A stretch of 64,000 bases of DNA from an uncultured Chloroflexia bacterium. GTDB taxonomy: Bacteria > Chloroflexota > Limnocylindria > QHBO01. Below the pieces are notes generated by a model, which had not been told where the DNA came from, ran no database searches, and saw only the letters and a program-made list of their open reading frames with translations. Positions 20,486 through 31,480 of the stretch are shown here, piece by piece. The stretch is taken from NCBI GenBank assembly GCA_963720505.1, contig CAVRFT010000002.1, forward strand, positions 16,121-80,120, in the 5' to 3' direction. Position 1 is the first letter of the stretch. Each line of letters opens with the position of its first letter. Both the position numbers and the translations under genes were made by a program.

Positions 20486-23400
20486 ATGGAGGCTCCCCTT
20501 CCTGTGCTGACCTGTGCCAATTGCCACACCCAGAACGACCCCGACCGGAAGTTCTGCGTGGAGTGCGGACAGCGCCTGGCCGCCGCCTGCCCGGTGTGCG
20601 GCACCGAGAACCCGACCGGCGCGAAGTTCTGTGGCGAGTGTGGAACCACGCTGGCCGAGGCGGGACAGGCAACGGCAGCGACCGGAACCCCGGCAGCCGA
20701 GGCCCCGGCGGCAATCGATCCGGTCGCAGAGCGCCGGCTCGTATCGGTCCTGTTCGTCGACCTGGTCGGCTTCACCTCCGCCTCCGAGCAACGCGACGCT
20801 GAGGACACTCGCGATCTGCTGACCCGCTACTTCGACCTTGCGCGGGAGACGGTCGGCCGCCACGGAGGCGTGATCGAGAAGTTCATCGGCGACGCGGTCA
20901 TGGCGGTGTGGGGCACACCGACCGCGCACGAGGACGACGCCGAGCGCGCGGTTCGGGCGGGCCTGGAGCTCGTTGCGGCGGTATCGGTCCTTGACGAGAG
21001 CCTCCGAGCCCGAGCCGGGGTCTTGACCGGCGAAGCGGCCGTGACCATCGGCGCAGGAAGGCCAGGGCATGGTCGCCGGGGACATGGTCAACACCGCGTC
21101 TCGGCTCCAGTCCGCGGCCGAGCCGGGCACCGTGCTCGTCGGCGAGTCAACCCAGCGGGCGGCCTCTGCCGCGATCGCATTCGAGGATGTGGGGACCAGG
21201 GAGCTCAAGGGTAAGGAAGAGCCCGTGCACGTCTGGCGCGCCGTGGCGGTCGTCGCCCGTCGTGGCGGCCAGGGGCGAACGGCGGCGCTCGAGCCTCCGT
21301 TCGTGGGGCGGGACGAGGAGCTTCGGCTGCTCAAGGAGCAGCTCCACGCAACGGAACGCGAGGGAAAGCCGCGCTTGGTGACGATCGTGGGCCAGGCCGG
21401 CATCGGGAAGAGCCGCCTGGCGTGGGAGCTGGAGAAATACCTGGACGGCCTGGTCGACACGGTGCTGTGGCACGAGGGCCGCTCCCCGTCATACGGCGAA
21501 GGGATCAGCTACTGGGCGCTGGCGGAGATCGTTCGCGGCCGAGCCGGCATCACCGAGTCGGAGGATCCGGATGCGGCCCGCGCCAAGGTCTCGGACATGC
21601 TCGCCGGGCTGACCCTGGAGCCGGCGGAGCGGCACTGGATCGAACCGCGACTGACCGGGCTGCTGGGGTTGGACGAGCTGCCCAGCGAGAGCCGGGAGGA
21701 GCTGTTCGCGGCGTGGCGCATGTTCTTCGAGCGGCTCTCCCAGCAGGCGACGGTCATGCTCGTGTTCTGGGACCTCCAATGGGCCGATCAGGGCCTGCTC
21801 GATTTCATCGAGCATCTGCTCGCCTGGGCGCGCACCTCGCCCATCTTCGTGCTGGCCGAGGCTCGGCCTGAGCTGTTCGAGCGTCGCCCGGGCTGGGGCT
21901 CGAAGGTTCGGAGCGCGACGTCGACCCACCTGGATCCGCTGTCCGAGGCCGATATGCGCCGGCTCCTCACCGGCGTTGCGCCCGGGCTCCCCGAGCAGGC
22001 GATCCGCGGGATCGTCGAGCGCGCCGAAGGCATTCCGCTGTACGCGGTCGAGACGATCCGCATGCTCATCGATCGCGGCGCACTGGTCGCGGACGGCGAG
22101 CAGCTGGTGCTGGCGGGCGAGCTCCCGCCGCTGGCGGTGCCGGAGACGCTCCATGCCCTCATTGCGGCCCGCCTGGATGCGCTGGCGCCCGAGGAACGGA
22201 CCCTCGTCACGGATGCGGCGGTCCTGGGCCTGAGCTTCACGATGCCGGCGCTCGAGGCCATCGGCAACATCCGCGGGGAGGCTCTCACCCAGCACCTCGA
22301 TGCGCTCGTCAAGCGCGACATCCTGGGTCTTGACGTCGATCCACTCTCCTCGGAGCGCGGCCAGTATCGGTTCGTCCAGGGCGTCGTGCGCGAGGTGGCA
22401 TACCAGTCGCTCGCCAAGCGAGACCGGCGTGCCAAGCACGTCGCCGCGGCCCGCTACTTCGAGTCGCTGGGCGAGGACGAGCTGGCAGGCGTGCTCGCCA
22501 GCCACTACCTGGCCGCCTATCGAGCCAATCCCTCCGGTGACGAGGCCGATGCCTTGGCAGCCCAGGCGCGCGTGGCCTTACGCGCGGCGGCCGACCGGGC
22601 AACGGCGCTTCATGCGCCGGTCGGCGCCCTGGACTACCTCGAGCAGGCGCTCGAGGTGACGAGTGATCCACTCGAACAGGCTGCGCTCCACGAGCGCGCA
22701 GGTTCGGCTGCCATCAGGGCTGCGCGGACGCAGGTCGGAAAGGACCACGGTCGCAGGGCGAGCGAGCTCTACGCCGAACTGGGCGATCGGCTGGGCGTGC
22801 TGCGGAGCCGTACCGTGCAGGCTCGGGTGATGCTGTCTGAGCACGGGGACCAGGCCACCGTCACCCTCATGCAGGAAGCCCTCGCCGAGGTCGCGGACCT
22901 CCCACCCTCGGCCGAGATCGCCAATGCGCAGGCGGAACTGGCTCGCGCCCTGATGCTCCAGGGCTCCCCCGAGGCCCTGATCTGGTGTGAGCGCGTGCTC
23001 GAGAACCCGCAGCTGACCAGCCAGAGCGTGCTCGTCCACACGCTGATCACGAAGGGCGCAGCGCTGTCGATCAGCACGTGGACGGTCAGCCGAAGCGGAG
23101 GCGGTCCTTCGCGGGGCCATGGTCCTGGCCGACCGGCTGGGCGAGCCGCATGCGATGCTGCGCGCGCGAAACAACCTGACCGGCATCGTGGATCAGCAGA
23201 GCACGCAGGGATCAATCGACCTGGCGCGCGAAGTCTTCGAGATCGGCCAACGATACGGTGAGCGCACGTGGGTGCAGCAGGCGATCGGTGGTCTTCTGAC
23301 CGGCGAGCTTCGAGATCGGTCGCTGGGACGACTGGCAGGAGGAAGCGCGGGTCGAGGCTCCCGAAGCGGCAGGGTTCTATCGGGCCTGGTTCGACGCCGA

Positions 23401-24067
23401 AGAGGCTCGCAGGCTGGCCTTCCGCGGGCGACGCCGACGACGCTGACCGGATCCTCGCCGACGATCTGGACAGAGCCGGCCGTGCAGAACAGCGCCCAGG
23501 CGAGAGCAGGCATCTCCGGTCGTGGAAGCGGAGATCAGGTTGACGCAGGGTCGCTGGATCGAGGCCTTCGACGCGTCCCGAGCGAGGGTGGAACCAGACC
23601 GATAACTCGCGCGCTGGCAACCCAGCTCGCCCAGTTAGCCGCCGCGGCCGCCGGTGACGCGTCGCGCCTGCGAGATGCCGTGCAGGCGCAGGATTCCATC
23701 CTGTCGGACGATCTCCCGATGTCGCTGGCGGCCCGCCAGATCGCGCAGACCCTGACCTCGCTCCTCGATGGACGCTGGGATGAAGCACGCCTGACATACC
23801 TGAAGGCGCGGCGCATCGTCGAGGAGGTTGGAAACCTCCAGCTCCTCGCCCTGCTGCAGCTGGCGGTTGGTCACCTGGCCGCCGATCACTTCAGCGAGGC
23901 AGCCCAGGCCGCGCAGGAAGCCGAGGACGTACTTCCACGATCGCGGAGCGGACGCGTTCGTCGCCACCTATCGGGCGCATGCGGTCAAGGAGCCGACCGC
24001 GGGCGGGCAATCCCCCACCAAGGTGGCTGACGCCGAGGTTGTCGAAGCCGAACCGACCTCTCGCTGA
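20486..24067 (+). CDS. Double zinc-ribbon + class III cyclase + STAND ATPase + TPR protein; frameshifted
   Basis: CANC..FCVEC..CPVC..FCGEC, LFVDLVGFT, EKFIGDAV, GDMVNTASRL, GQAGIGKS, GIPLYAVE, TPR-like tail. Confidence 0.9.
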
Positions 24068-24173
24068 GTGCCGGTCGAATCAGCCAACCGCCGAGATCGG
24101 CGGCTTTCGAGCAATGTGAGCACGGCCGATGGACCGGTTGGACATCCCCGCCCGAGAGGCGGAGCATAGAGGT

Positions 24174-24318
24174 GCCGGACGGGCATCGGGAGCGGTCCTC
24201 AAGGATCGCCAGACAGTGTCAACTGACGACGCCGCCGATCAGATCCGTCCGCGGCAGCTGTCCTGAACAGGCTCGGCAGGAGCCGCCTACGGATGCTGCC
24301 AGGAAGGGGTTTTACCCC
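24174..24318 (+). promoter_or_regulatory. Structured 5' leader of the ACT gene (candidate cis-regulatory RNA)
   Basis: CGGACGG/CCGTCCG stem (24176/24245), inner ATCGG/CCGAT stem with two hairpins, and a GGGGT-TTT-ACCCC hairpin covering the SD region just before the ATG. Confidence 0.4.
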
Positions 24319-24714
24319 ATGCAGACTTTCCAGACGTTCATTGTTGAGGCAACCAACCGCCCGGGCGAGCTTGCCCGAGTGACCGATGCAATTGCCCAGC
24401 GGGGCATCAACATCGAGGCGTGGAGCCTCGGCTATGGCAGCCACGGCGCCCTCGCATTCCTGGGGCACGACGAGAAGGGCATCAAGAGTGCGCTGACCGC
24501 CGATGGGATCTCCTACAAGGAGGTCTCGTGCCTCACGATCTGGCTCGAGGACAAGCCTGGCACCGTTGCCAAGGCAACCAGGCGCCTGGCCGATGCCGGC
24601 GTGAACATCGAGTTCTTCGCACCGGTCGAGTACAAGACCGATCGGCGGGCCACCATCGCGATCGGCGTCGACAAGATCGATGCCGCGCGGACCGCGCTCC
24701 AATCTGCTGGTTGA
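24319..24714 (+). CDS. Stand-alone double-ACT domain protein
   Basis: NRPGELARV..IAQRGINIE and EDKPGTVAK..LADAGVNIE. Confidence 0.88.
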   Translation: MQTFQTFIVEATNRPGELARVTDAIAQRGINIEAWSLGYGSHGALAFLGHDEKGIKSALTADGISYKEVSCLTIWLEDKPGTVAKATRRLADAGVNIEFFAPVEYKTDRRATIAIGVDKIDAARTALQSAG

Positions 24715-24841
24715 CTGGATGATCCCGGAGCCTGCCCTCGCAGGATCCGCGACCCTCTAGCAAACGCTTGCAGACGCCGTGCCGGCCTGCCCGGCACGGC
24801 ATCGGCGCATCCGCCTGCAAGGTGTCGCGATCCCCTGGCCC

Positions 24842-25692
24842 TTACCCGCCGCGCGCTGCCTCGACGACCTTCGTGATCTCGTCGACCACCAACTGCGGAT
24901 CCTCGCCCGCGATGTAGTGGGCCGTGTGCGCCACCACCTGCTTCGCCTGCGGGCTGAGCACGAACCAGCCCTGCTGACCCTCGATGTTCTCCACCTCGTC
25001 GAGGTTCTCCGGGTTCTCGTACTCGACCGTCATGACGGTGACCGGGATGTCGCCGATCTCGGTGCGGGCATCCCACGCCTCGTGCTCCACCGCCAGGTAG
25101 TCGCGACGCTCGTCGTTGGTCGGTGAATCGCAGGCGGTCTCCGCGATCAGCTCCGGCGGTGGGTCGGTGTATGGCCGGAACGTATCGAGCAGGACGATGC
25201 CAACCACATCATCGGGCCGTTCTTCGGCGAAGCCGGCCGCGATGTAGCCACCGCCCGATGCTCCCACCACGACATACGGGCCGGGAATATCGGCCGCCTC
25301 GAGCAGCTCAGCCATGTCCCCGGTCAGGTCGGTCAGGTGCCGGCAGCCGGTCACCGGGTCGCTGTGACCCAGGCCGCCGCGGTCGTAGGCGCAGACCTTC
25401 GTCACCTCGGCGATCTGCGTGATGACCGGGTTCCACTCGGAGGCGTCCGACCCATCACCGGCGTTCAGGATGACGGTGGGCGAACCCTCGCCACGGCAGA
25501 CCCGATACAGCGAGCGACCATCGCCGATCTCGACTGACCCCGCCTCGATGAGATTCGGACTCGCGGACGGCGATACCGTCGCCACCGACGGGGACGACGC
25601 GTCTGGCGATGCCGGGCTCGCGCTCCGGCGCCGCAGGCAGTCAGCGTGAGCATTGCCGCAGCCACCAGCGCAAGCAGTCGGCTCTTCGTCAC
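24842..25692 (-). CDS. Alpha/beta-hydrolase lipoprotein; frameshift near 25620
   Basis: Lipobox LTAC, S/P linker, VCAYDRGGLGHSD, VVGASGGGY nucleophile elbow, HYIAGEDP. Confidence 0.85.
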
Positions 25693-25887
25693 GCCGGCAT
25701 CATCGGGGTTGTGTCAACGGCTTGGCCGATCAATTGGTGGCACGCTGCTGTCAGGCCTCCGTCGTGCTGCACGGTTGCACGGCCCTCGTGCATCACGAAC
25801 ACCTCCGACAGGCGGGTCACCCCCCGTCGAGGCAGGCCCTTCGGCGCATCGGCCCATAACCCCGGCCCCCGCTAGCATGGGCAACTC

Positions 25888-27750
25888 ATGACCAGCCTTC
25901 GGACCCCCGATCTCGCCGTGCGCAGCGACCTGCGCAACCTGGCGATCATCGCGCACGTCGACCACGGCAAGACGACCCTGGTGGACCAACTCCTGCGCCA
26001 GACGGGCACGTTCCGCGCGAACGAGACGCTGGTCGACCGGGTCCTGGACTCCGGCGACCTGGAGCGCGAGAAGGGCATCACCATCCTGGCCAAGCAGACC
26101 ACGGTGGACTACCAGGGCGTGCGGCTGAACATCGTCGACACCCCCGGCCACGCCGACTTCGGAGGCGAGGTGGAACGCGGCCTCCTCATGGTGGACGCGG
26201 TGCTGCTCCTGGTTGATGCCAGCGAAGGCCCGCTGCCCCAGACGCGGTACGTGCTGCAGAAGGCCATGCAGCGCCACCTGCCGGTGATCGTGGCGCTGAA
26301 CAAGATCGATCGCTCCGACGCGCGACCGGCGGAGGTGCTGGACGAGGTCTACGAGCTGTTCATCGACCTCGGAGCCGATGCGCACCAGATCGACTTCCCG
26401 GTGGTCTACACCAACGCCAAGGCCGGCACCGCCACCCGCGACCTGGCCACGCCCGGGACCGATCTCACACCCCTGCTCGACCTGCTGGTCGAGATCACTC
26501 CCCCGCCGCAGCACGAGCCCGGGCATCCCCTGCAGCTGCTGGTGACGAACCTGACCGCCAACGACTACGTCGGCCGCATGGCGGTCGGGCGCATCCGGAA
26601 CGGGAGCATCCGCATCGGCCAGCGAGTGAGCGTCGTCCGCGAGGAAGAGGAGGACACCGCCGGCTCCGTCGAGCCCGGACGAACCGTCACGCTGACCGGC
26701 TCGGTGACCTCGCTGCAGACGGCCCACGGCATCGATCGCGTCGACATCACCGAGGCGCAGGCGGGCGACATCGTGTCGGTGGCCGGGCTGCCGGAGGTCA
26801 CGATCGGCGACACCATCACCGACCCCGGCGACCCGCGCCCGCTCCCCCGCCTGGACGTGGACGCGCCCACGCTGCGCATGACGTTCGGGGTCAACACCTC
26901 GCCGCTGGCCGGGCGCGACGGCAAGTACGTCACCTCGCGCCAGATCAAGCAGCGGCTGGACCGCGAGGTGCTGGGCAACGTCTCCATCGAGGTCTCGCCC
27001 ACCGAGTCGGCCGACACGTTCGAGGTGCGCGGTCGCGGCGAGCTGCAGCTGGCGGTGCTGATCGAGCAGATGCGGCGCGAGGGGTACGAGCTGACGGTGT
27101 CGCGCCCGGAGGTGATCCTGCACGAGCGCGACGGCGAGACCCAGGAGCCCTACGAGCGGGTGACCTTCGACATCCCACCGGAGTTCATCGGTGCGGTGCA
27201 GGCGGCCCTGGCAGGCCGCAAGGGCTCACTGGAGCAGATGTCGACCGATGCCGACGGGCGTGCCCGCCTGGAGTACATCGTCCCGGTCCGCGGCCTGATC
27301 GGCTACCGCGGCCAGCTGATGACCGATACCCGCGGCACCGCGCTGATGCACCAGATCGGCGAGGGCTACGGGCCGTGGGCCGGCGACGTCACGCATCGGA
27401 CCAGCGGCGTGCTGGTGGCAGATCGGTCCGGGCTCTCGAACGCGTTTGCGCTGAACAACCTGGAGGAGCGGTCGGAGCTGTTCATCGGCACCGGGGTGGA
27501 GGTCTACGAGGGCATGATCGTGGGCGAGAACGCGCGGCCCGGCGACATGAACGTGAATGCCACCAAGTCCAAGCAGCTGACCAACATCCGCACCCACAGC
27601 CACGACGACTCGCTGCGCCTGACGCCGCCGCGGCCGATCACCCTGGAGTCGGCCATCGAGTTCATCGCCGCCGATGAGCTGGTGGAGGTGACGCCCTCCG
27701 CCATCCGCCTGCGCAAGCGCGTCCTCGCGGCCGGGGATCGCAAGCGCTAG
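25888..27750 (+). CDS. typA: Translational GTPase TypA/BipA
   Basis: [56 protein letters not shown]; intact 620-aa ORF. Confidence 0.98.
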   Translation: MTSLRTPDLAVRSDLRNLAIIAHVDHGKTTLVDQLLRQTGTFRANETLVDRVLDSGDLEREKGITILAKQTTVDYQGVRLNIVDTPGHADFGGEVERGLLMVDAVLLLVDASEGPLPQTRYVLQKAMQRHLPVIVALNKIDRSDARPAEVLDEVYELFIDLGADAHQIDFPVVYTNAKAGTATRDLATPGTDLTPLLDLLVEITPPPQHEPGHPLQLLVTNLTANDYVGRMAVGRIRNGSIRIGQRVSVVREEEEDTAGSVEPGRTVTLTGSVTSLQTAHGIDRVDITEAQAGDIVSVAGLPEVTIGDTITDPGDPRPLPRLDVDAPTLRMTFGVNTSPLAGRDGKYVTSRQIKQRLDREVLGNVSIEVSPTESADTFEVRGRGELQLAVLIEQMRREGYELTVSRPEVILHERDGETQEPYERVTFDIPPEFIGAVQAALAGRKGSLEQMSTDADGRARLEYIVPVRGLIGYRGQLMTDTRGTALMHQIGEGYGPWAGDVTHRTSGVLVADRSGLSNAFALNNLEERSELFIGTGVEVYEGMIVGENARPGDMNVNATKSKQLTNIRTHSHDDSLRLTPPRPITLESAIEFIAADELVEVTPSAIRLRKRVLAAGDRKR

Positions 27751-27919
27751 ATCGCGACGGCCTCAGCGCACGAGCGCCGTGCCGTTCAGGTCACAATCCC
27801 GCCGATGCAGGATTCGAGTCGTCACGGTCACGAAGCCGGATCCCGGTCCGCCGCGCGATCCGAGCAAGCGACCGGCGTTGGAAGGCTGGCGTCGGATCGC
27901 CGGCACTTTGCGCCGGACG

Positions 27920-28264
27920 ATGACGACCGCGCCGCTGACGCCGTACGAAGAACGCCGCATGGGCGACCTTCGATCCGTGCGCGCCGCGCTGCTGCAAGGC
28001 CGCGCGCCGGCCGAACCATGGACGCTGCTGGCGATCGCGCGCAGCGCGGACGGCGCCGACTGGCTCGATTCCTTGCTGGTCAGGAGCCGACAGTATGACA
28101 GCTGGTGCCGGTCGATCGCGGCTTGCCGATTGGCAGAGCTGGGCCGCCGGCCTTCGGCGCTATCCGGTCGCCGCTTCGCCGGTCCAGGGGCGCAGTCGAA
28201 CGACGCGGCACGAACCGCAGTCAGGCGAACGCGGCTAATGCCGGCGTCCTGGTCGCGTCGATAA
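27920..28264 (+). CDS. Hypothetical protein; start uncertain, possibly 27805 with an indel
   Basis: Plausible ORF following a CACAAT-7nt-ATG promoter-like site at 27792-27807. Confidence 0.4.
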   Translation: MTTAPLTPYEERRMGDLRSVRAALLQGRAPAEPWTLLAIARSADGADWLDSLLVRSRQYDSWCRSIAACRLAELGRRPSALSGRRFAGPGAQSNDAARTAVRRTRLMPASWSRR

Positions 28265-28303
28265 CAAAGATGCCCCCGCCAGGGGCCCGTCCTGGCGATG
28301 GAA

Positions 28304-29031
28304 CTAGGGGAAGCGCGAACAGATCCTCGTGCAGGCCATGGACGGCTGCCATCGCGATCTGGGCGTACTCCTCCAGCGCATCTCGCGTGACGACATCCAC
28401 CAGCGTCGCACTCGGATGAGCTTGCGATCCATTCCACCTGATTCTTTCCCAGGGGGAAGGCTCGGCTGAGTCCTCGCCCGGCTTTCCGTGTGCTCGTATC
28501 GGAACAACGGAGCCTCCGTAATTAGACCGGCAGGACCACCAGGTGGTTGCCGTATCCGTATCCAGCTGCGATCCCTACGGCGGCGCTGATCACTTGCTCA
28601 AGCGCCGAGTGTGCTCGGTCGTTCCGGTCGTTGTGAGCCTCGACGACCGTGAATGCGTAGCGATCTGGGAGTGGCAGCTTCTTGGTGATGAGATCGACTC
28701 CGATCCATCCGGATCCGAGAGCGTCATTCGCAGCGCGCCCTTGGTAACCGGAACGGTCGGTTCCCTGGATAGTTGTCGTGGTCAAGGCAACCCACGGCTT
28801 GTCGGATGCGGCTTTGCACTCGATCACCATGGCCACTAGTACAGGGACATCCTCGTGCAGCCAGGCGACTACATCGGTCTCACGATTTGTCCCTTGCTGG
28901 ACGGGGTCGAGGTAATGCTGCCCTTGGTCCGCGAAAAAGCCGGCGGCCCGGAGAACCCGCGCCGTGTGGTACTCGAGCGGGAACCCGCCCTTCCTGAGCC
29001 AAGTGAGAATGCTTTCGGCGACTGGCTCCAT
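28304..29031 (-). CDS. PD-(D/E)xK nuclease-superfamily protein; frameshifted near 28520, end approximate
   Basis: GFPLE...RETDVVA...MVIECK...KPWV arrangement of catalytic E/D/ExK residues; visibly more AT-rich codons. Confidence 0.65.
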
Positions 29032-29151
29032 CGCGTCATGGTTGCACAAGGCCATTGGCCTAGTCGGCCGTAGTGGTTTTGAGTTTTTCCTGACGAGCCT
29101 GCGCCGCGGACACGGCCCGCTGTCCGAAATCTCTCCCTGCTGAGCATTCTC

Positions 29152-29238
29152 GGCCGATTCGACCGAGCGATCTGGTCGGTTCGATTCAGAACGATCGTCG
29201 AATCAGCCGGATCCGCTCGGCAGACGCCGTGAATCGAC
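29152..29238. repeat. About 85-bp nested palindrome with four GATTC/GAATC motifs
   Basis: GATTC at 29156 and 29183, GAATC at 29200 and 29231, CGAGCG/CGCTCG arms. Confidence 0.6.
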
Positions 29239-29284
29239 TTCGCGGACGCGCGGTTCGTTCATGGCGTCACCGTCAATCGGTCAG

Positions 29285-29321
29285 GAAAAGCAAGGACGCG
29301 AGGTTTCCCTCGCGCCCTTGC
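29285..29321 (-). terminator. Rho-independent terminator of the 29348-29802 gene
   Basis: Minus strand GCAAGGGCGCGAGG-GAAA-CCTCGCGTCCTTGC followed by TTTT. Confidence 0.8.
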
Positions 29322-29347
29322 GCTCATTGTGGGCCAGCCGCCCACGG

Positions 29348-29802
29348 TTAACGTCCCCGCTGGTCGAGGATGATGTCGGCGACGTCACGCGGCATGCGAT
29401 AGACCATCATGCCGTCGTCGTCGCTCCACCAGTCGCCGACGAACCACTTGTCGCCCTGGCCGTACCGGTTCTTCCAGCGACGGCCGAACGCTCCGAATGT
29501 GCCCGGCATCGACGTAGGTCGCGGCCGATGCCCTTTGCCAGCTCCACCATCGTGAAGGGCTCCTCCGGATGATCGGCCAGGAAGTCGAGGATCGACAGCA
29601 TGCCGGTTCCTCGCGATTCGTCGTAGGCGCGCCGGATGAGCCGTTCGTCATCTGGCGCCGACGACGAAGGGCTCGGAGCCTCGTCCGCCACGGGGCCCCC
29701 GGCATCCGAGGTGGCCGGCAGCTGGCCGATGAACCGATGGACCGCAGTTGCCTGGCTGGTGTGGACCCACATCGGGATATAGTCGCTCGCGTTTCCGTTC
29801 AT
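29348..29802 (-). CDS. Putative winged-helix DNA-binding protein (DUF6416-like); frameshift near 29520
   Basis: AAGGAG SD; LIRRAYDES..ILDFLADHPEEPFTMVELAKGIG..PGTFGAFGRRWKNRYG..VYRMPRDVADII. Confidence 0.6.
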
Positions 29803-30228
29803 TGTCTCTCCTTACTCGTTCTGACCGGTAAGCGCGGGTTGGCGTTCTGAATAACCGCAGTCTGCGACGAGCAAAGAAGGATGGCAAGTAAGATTGTTAG
29901 ACCCTGTTGACTGTAGGCACCGTTAGTCTTTCCTACTCGAGGAGCGAACAAGCTGCAGAGCCGCGCATGCTGCGGGCTGCCCGGCCATCCTGGATCGCCG
30001 TAGACTTCGTCGGCCTAGACGGATGCGAACGGCCGGCGCTACTTGGCGGTCCGCCATTTGACGCGCATCTGGCCTTGCTCCTGAGCCGCTTGCTTGCTTG
30101 CATCGGAGTATAGGATTCCGATAACGGGAGGCTGCGATGCGCGAGCGAACCCCATGGTCGCCCTCACTGCCGATCGCTTGCGCTGAGCCACTGGCGAAAC
30201 CGGCCCGTTGCTGGGGAGGACTCGATCC

Positions 30229-30882
30229 ATGCGCCGTGCCCGCGTATCACTGTCACTCGCTGCCTCGGTCATTCTCGTCCTGACCCTGAGCAGCACCACG
30301 CTTGCAGCCCCGCATAAGGCGGCGGTCTACTCGCCCAACGCCCACGTCAACGGCGCGTCCCTGGTGGACCTCGCGGTGGCGTGGAACGATTGGGCCTGGC
30401 AGCCGGCCGATACCAACCCGCTCCTGAATCCTCGCTGCGAGGCGAGCGGGATCGGCAAGATCTGGTTCGCACCCGTCTCGATCGATGTCGCACAGGAGCT
30501 GGACTGCACGCTTCCGCCGGGTGGAAAGCTGCTGATCACCCCCGGTGGCTACGAATGCTCCACTGCGGAGGGCAACGGCGAAACGCTCGCCGAGCTCACC
30601 GAATGCGCCGAGACCAACTTCGCCAACGAGATCTGCTGCGCGCAGGTGATCGTCGATGGCGTGGAGCTCGCGAACCTGGATCCCTACGAGTTCCTGACGC
30701 CTGGCCAGGTGCTGGATGGACCAAACCTCTTCGGAGACGACCCGACGCTGTCGATCGAGCGCGGCTGGTTCATCCTCTTGCGCCCGATGAGCGTCGGCGA
30801 GCACGAGGTCTTCATCTACGACGAGGCCCCGAACTTCGGCCTCGTCTTCAGCACCACCATGCATATCACCGTGGCGCCCTGA
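30229..30882 (+). CDS. Secreted Cys-containing hypothetical protein
   Basis: GGAGG SD, signal peptide, W-x2-W..NP..C..WF..C..P pattern, LLRPMSVGEH. Confidence 0.75.
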   Translation: MRRARVSLSLAASVILVLTLSSTTLAAPHKAAVYSPNAHVNGASLVDLAVAWNDWAWQPADTNPLLNPRCEASGIGKIWFAPVSIDVAQELDCTLPPGGKLLITPGGYECSTAEGNGETLAELTECAETNFANEICCAQVIVDGVELANLDPYEFLTPGQVLDGPNLFGDDPTLSIERGWFILLRPMSVGEHEVFIYDEAPNFGLVFSTTMHITVAP

Positions 30883-30924
30883 AGCAATTGCTTCTTATCG
30901 GTCCAATAGGGAGGGAACAAGACC

Positions 30925-31401
30925 ATGCGACGCATCGTGGCAATCATCGCGGCGACCTGTGCCCTGGTCGCTCTCGCGTCACCGGTCGCGGCCGCGAAGC
31001 CGGACCGCCACCCGGAAAACCTCGAGGGTTTCGTCCTGACGGGGGCCTGCGAGTTCGACGTCCAGCTCGACATCCTGAGGGACCGCTCGTACGCGATGGA
31101 CTTCTACGACCAGGACGGCAACCTCGTTCGCACGCAGTACTTCGGCAGCATCGTCATCAGGGCCACCAATGTGGAGACCGATGCATCCGTGGACCTGAAC
31201 ATCGGCGGCCCTGCCCGTGATGCCTATAACGCGGACGGCACCATCACGACCACGTTCCTGGGCCTTGGCCTGCCGCTCATAACGGACAACAACCTGACTC
31301 GCGGACGCTTTGAATTCACCTTCAGCGCCGGTTTCGAGGAGCTGTTGAGCGTCGGGAAGTCAGCCGGATTCACGGAGGATTTCTGCGCGCTCATTGACTG
31401 A
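30925..31401 (+). CDS. Secreted beta-rich hypothetical protein
   Basis: GGAGG SD, signal peptide ending VAAA, N- and C-terminal Cys pair. Confidence 0.8.
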   Translation: MRRIVAIIAATCALVALASPVAAAKPDRHPENLEGFVLTGACEFDVQLDILRDRSYAMDFYDQDGNLVRTQYFGSIVIRATNVETDASVDLNIGGPARDAYNADGTITTTFLGLGLPLITDNNLTRGRFEFTFSAGFEELLSVGKSAGFTEDFCALID

Positions 31402-31480
31402 CCGCTAAGGGGCGAGGCGCCCCGCAGTCTTTCCGTAGCGCAGGCGGCGCAGTATCGTCCCCTGCGCGGAGGGACTCGGA

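Noticed and set aside
24163-24300. Lysine or cobalamin riboswitch (AGAGGTGC…CTGTC…GAGCC…CTAC resemblance)
   Set aside because: Too short, and lacking the AGUA/GAAAGG core (lysine) and the AGGGAA/CCGCAACUG core (cobalamin). Kept only as an unclassified structured leader.
25714-27123. Long antisense or alternate-frame ORFs (for example 2407-4233 +, 25714-27123 -, 40615-42036 +)
   Set aside because: They shadow well-supported genes, are Arg/Pro/Ala-rich without motifs, and are expected in very GC-rich DNA.
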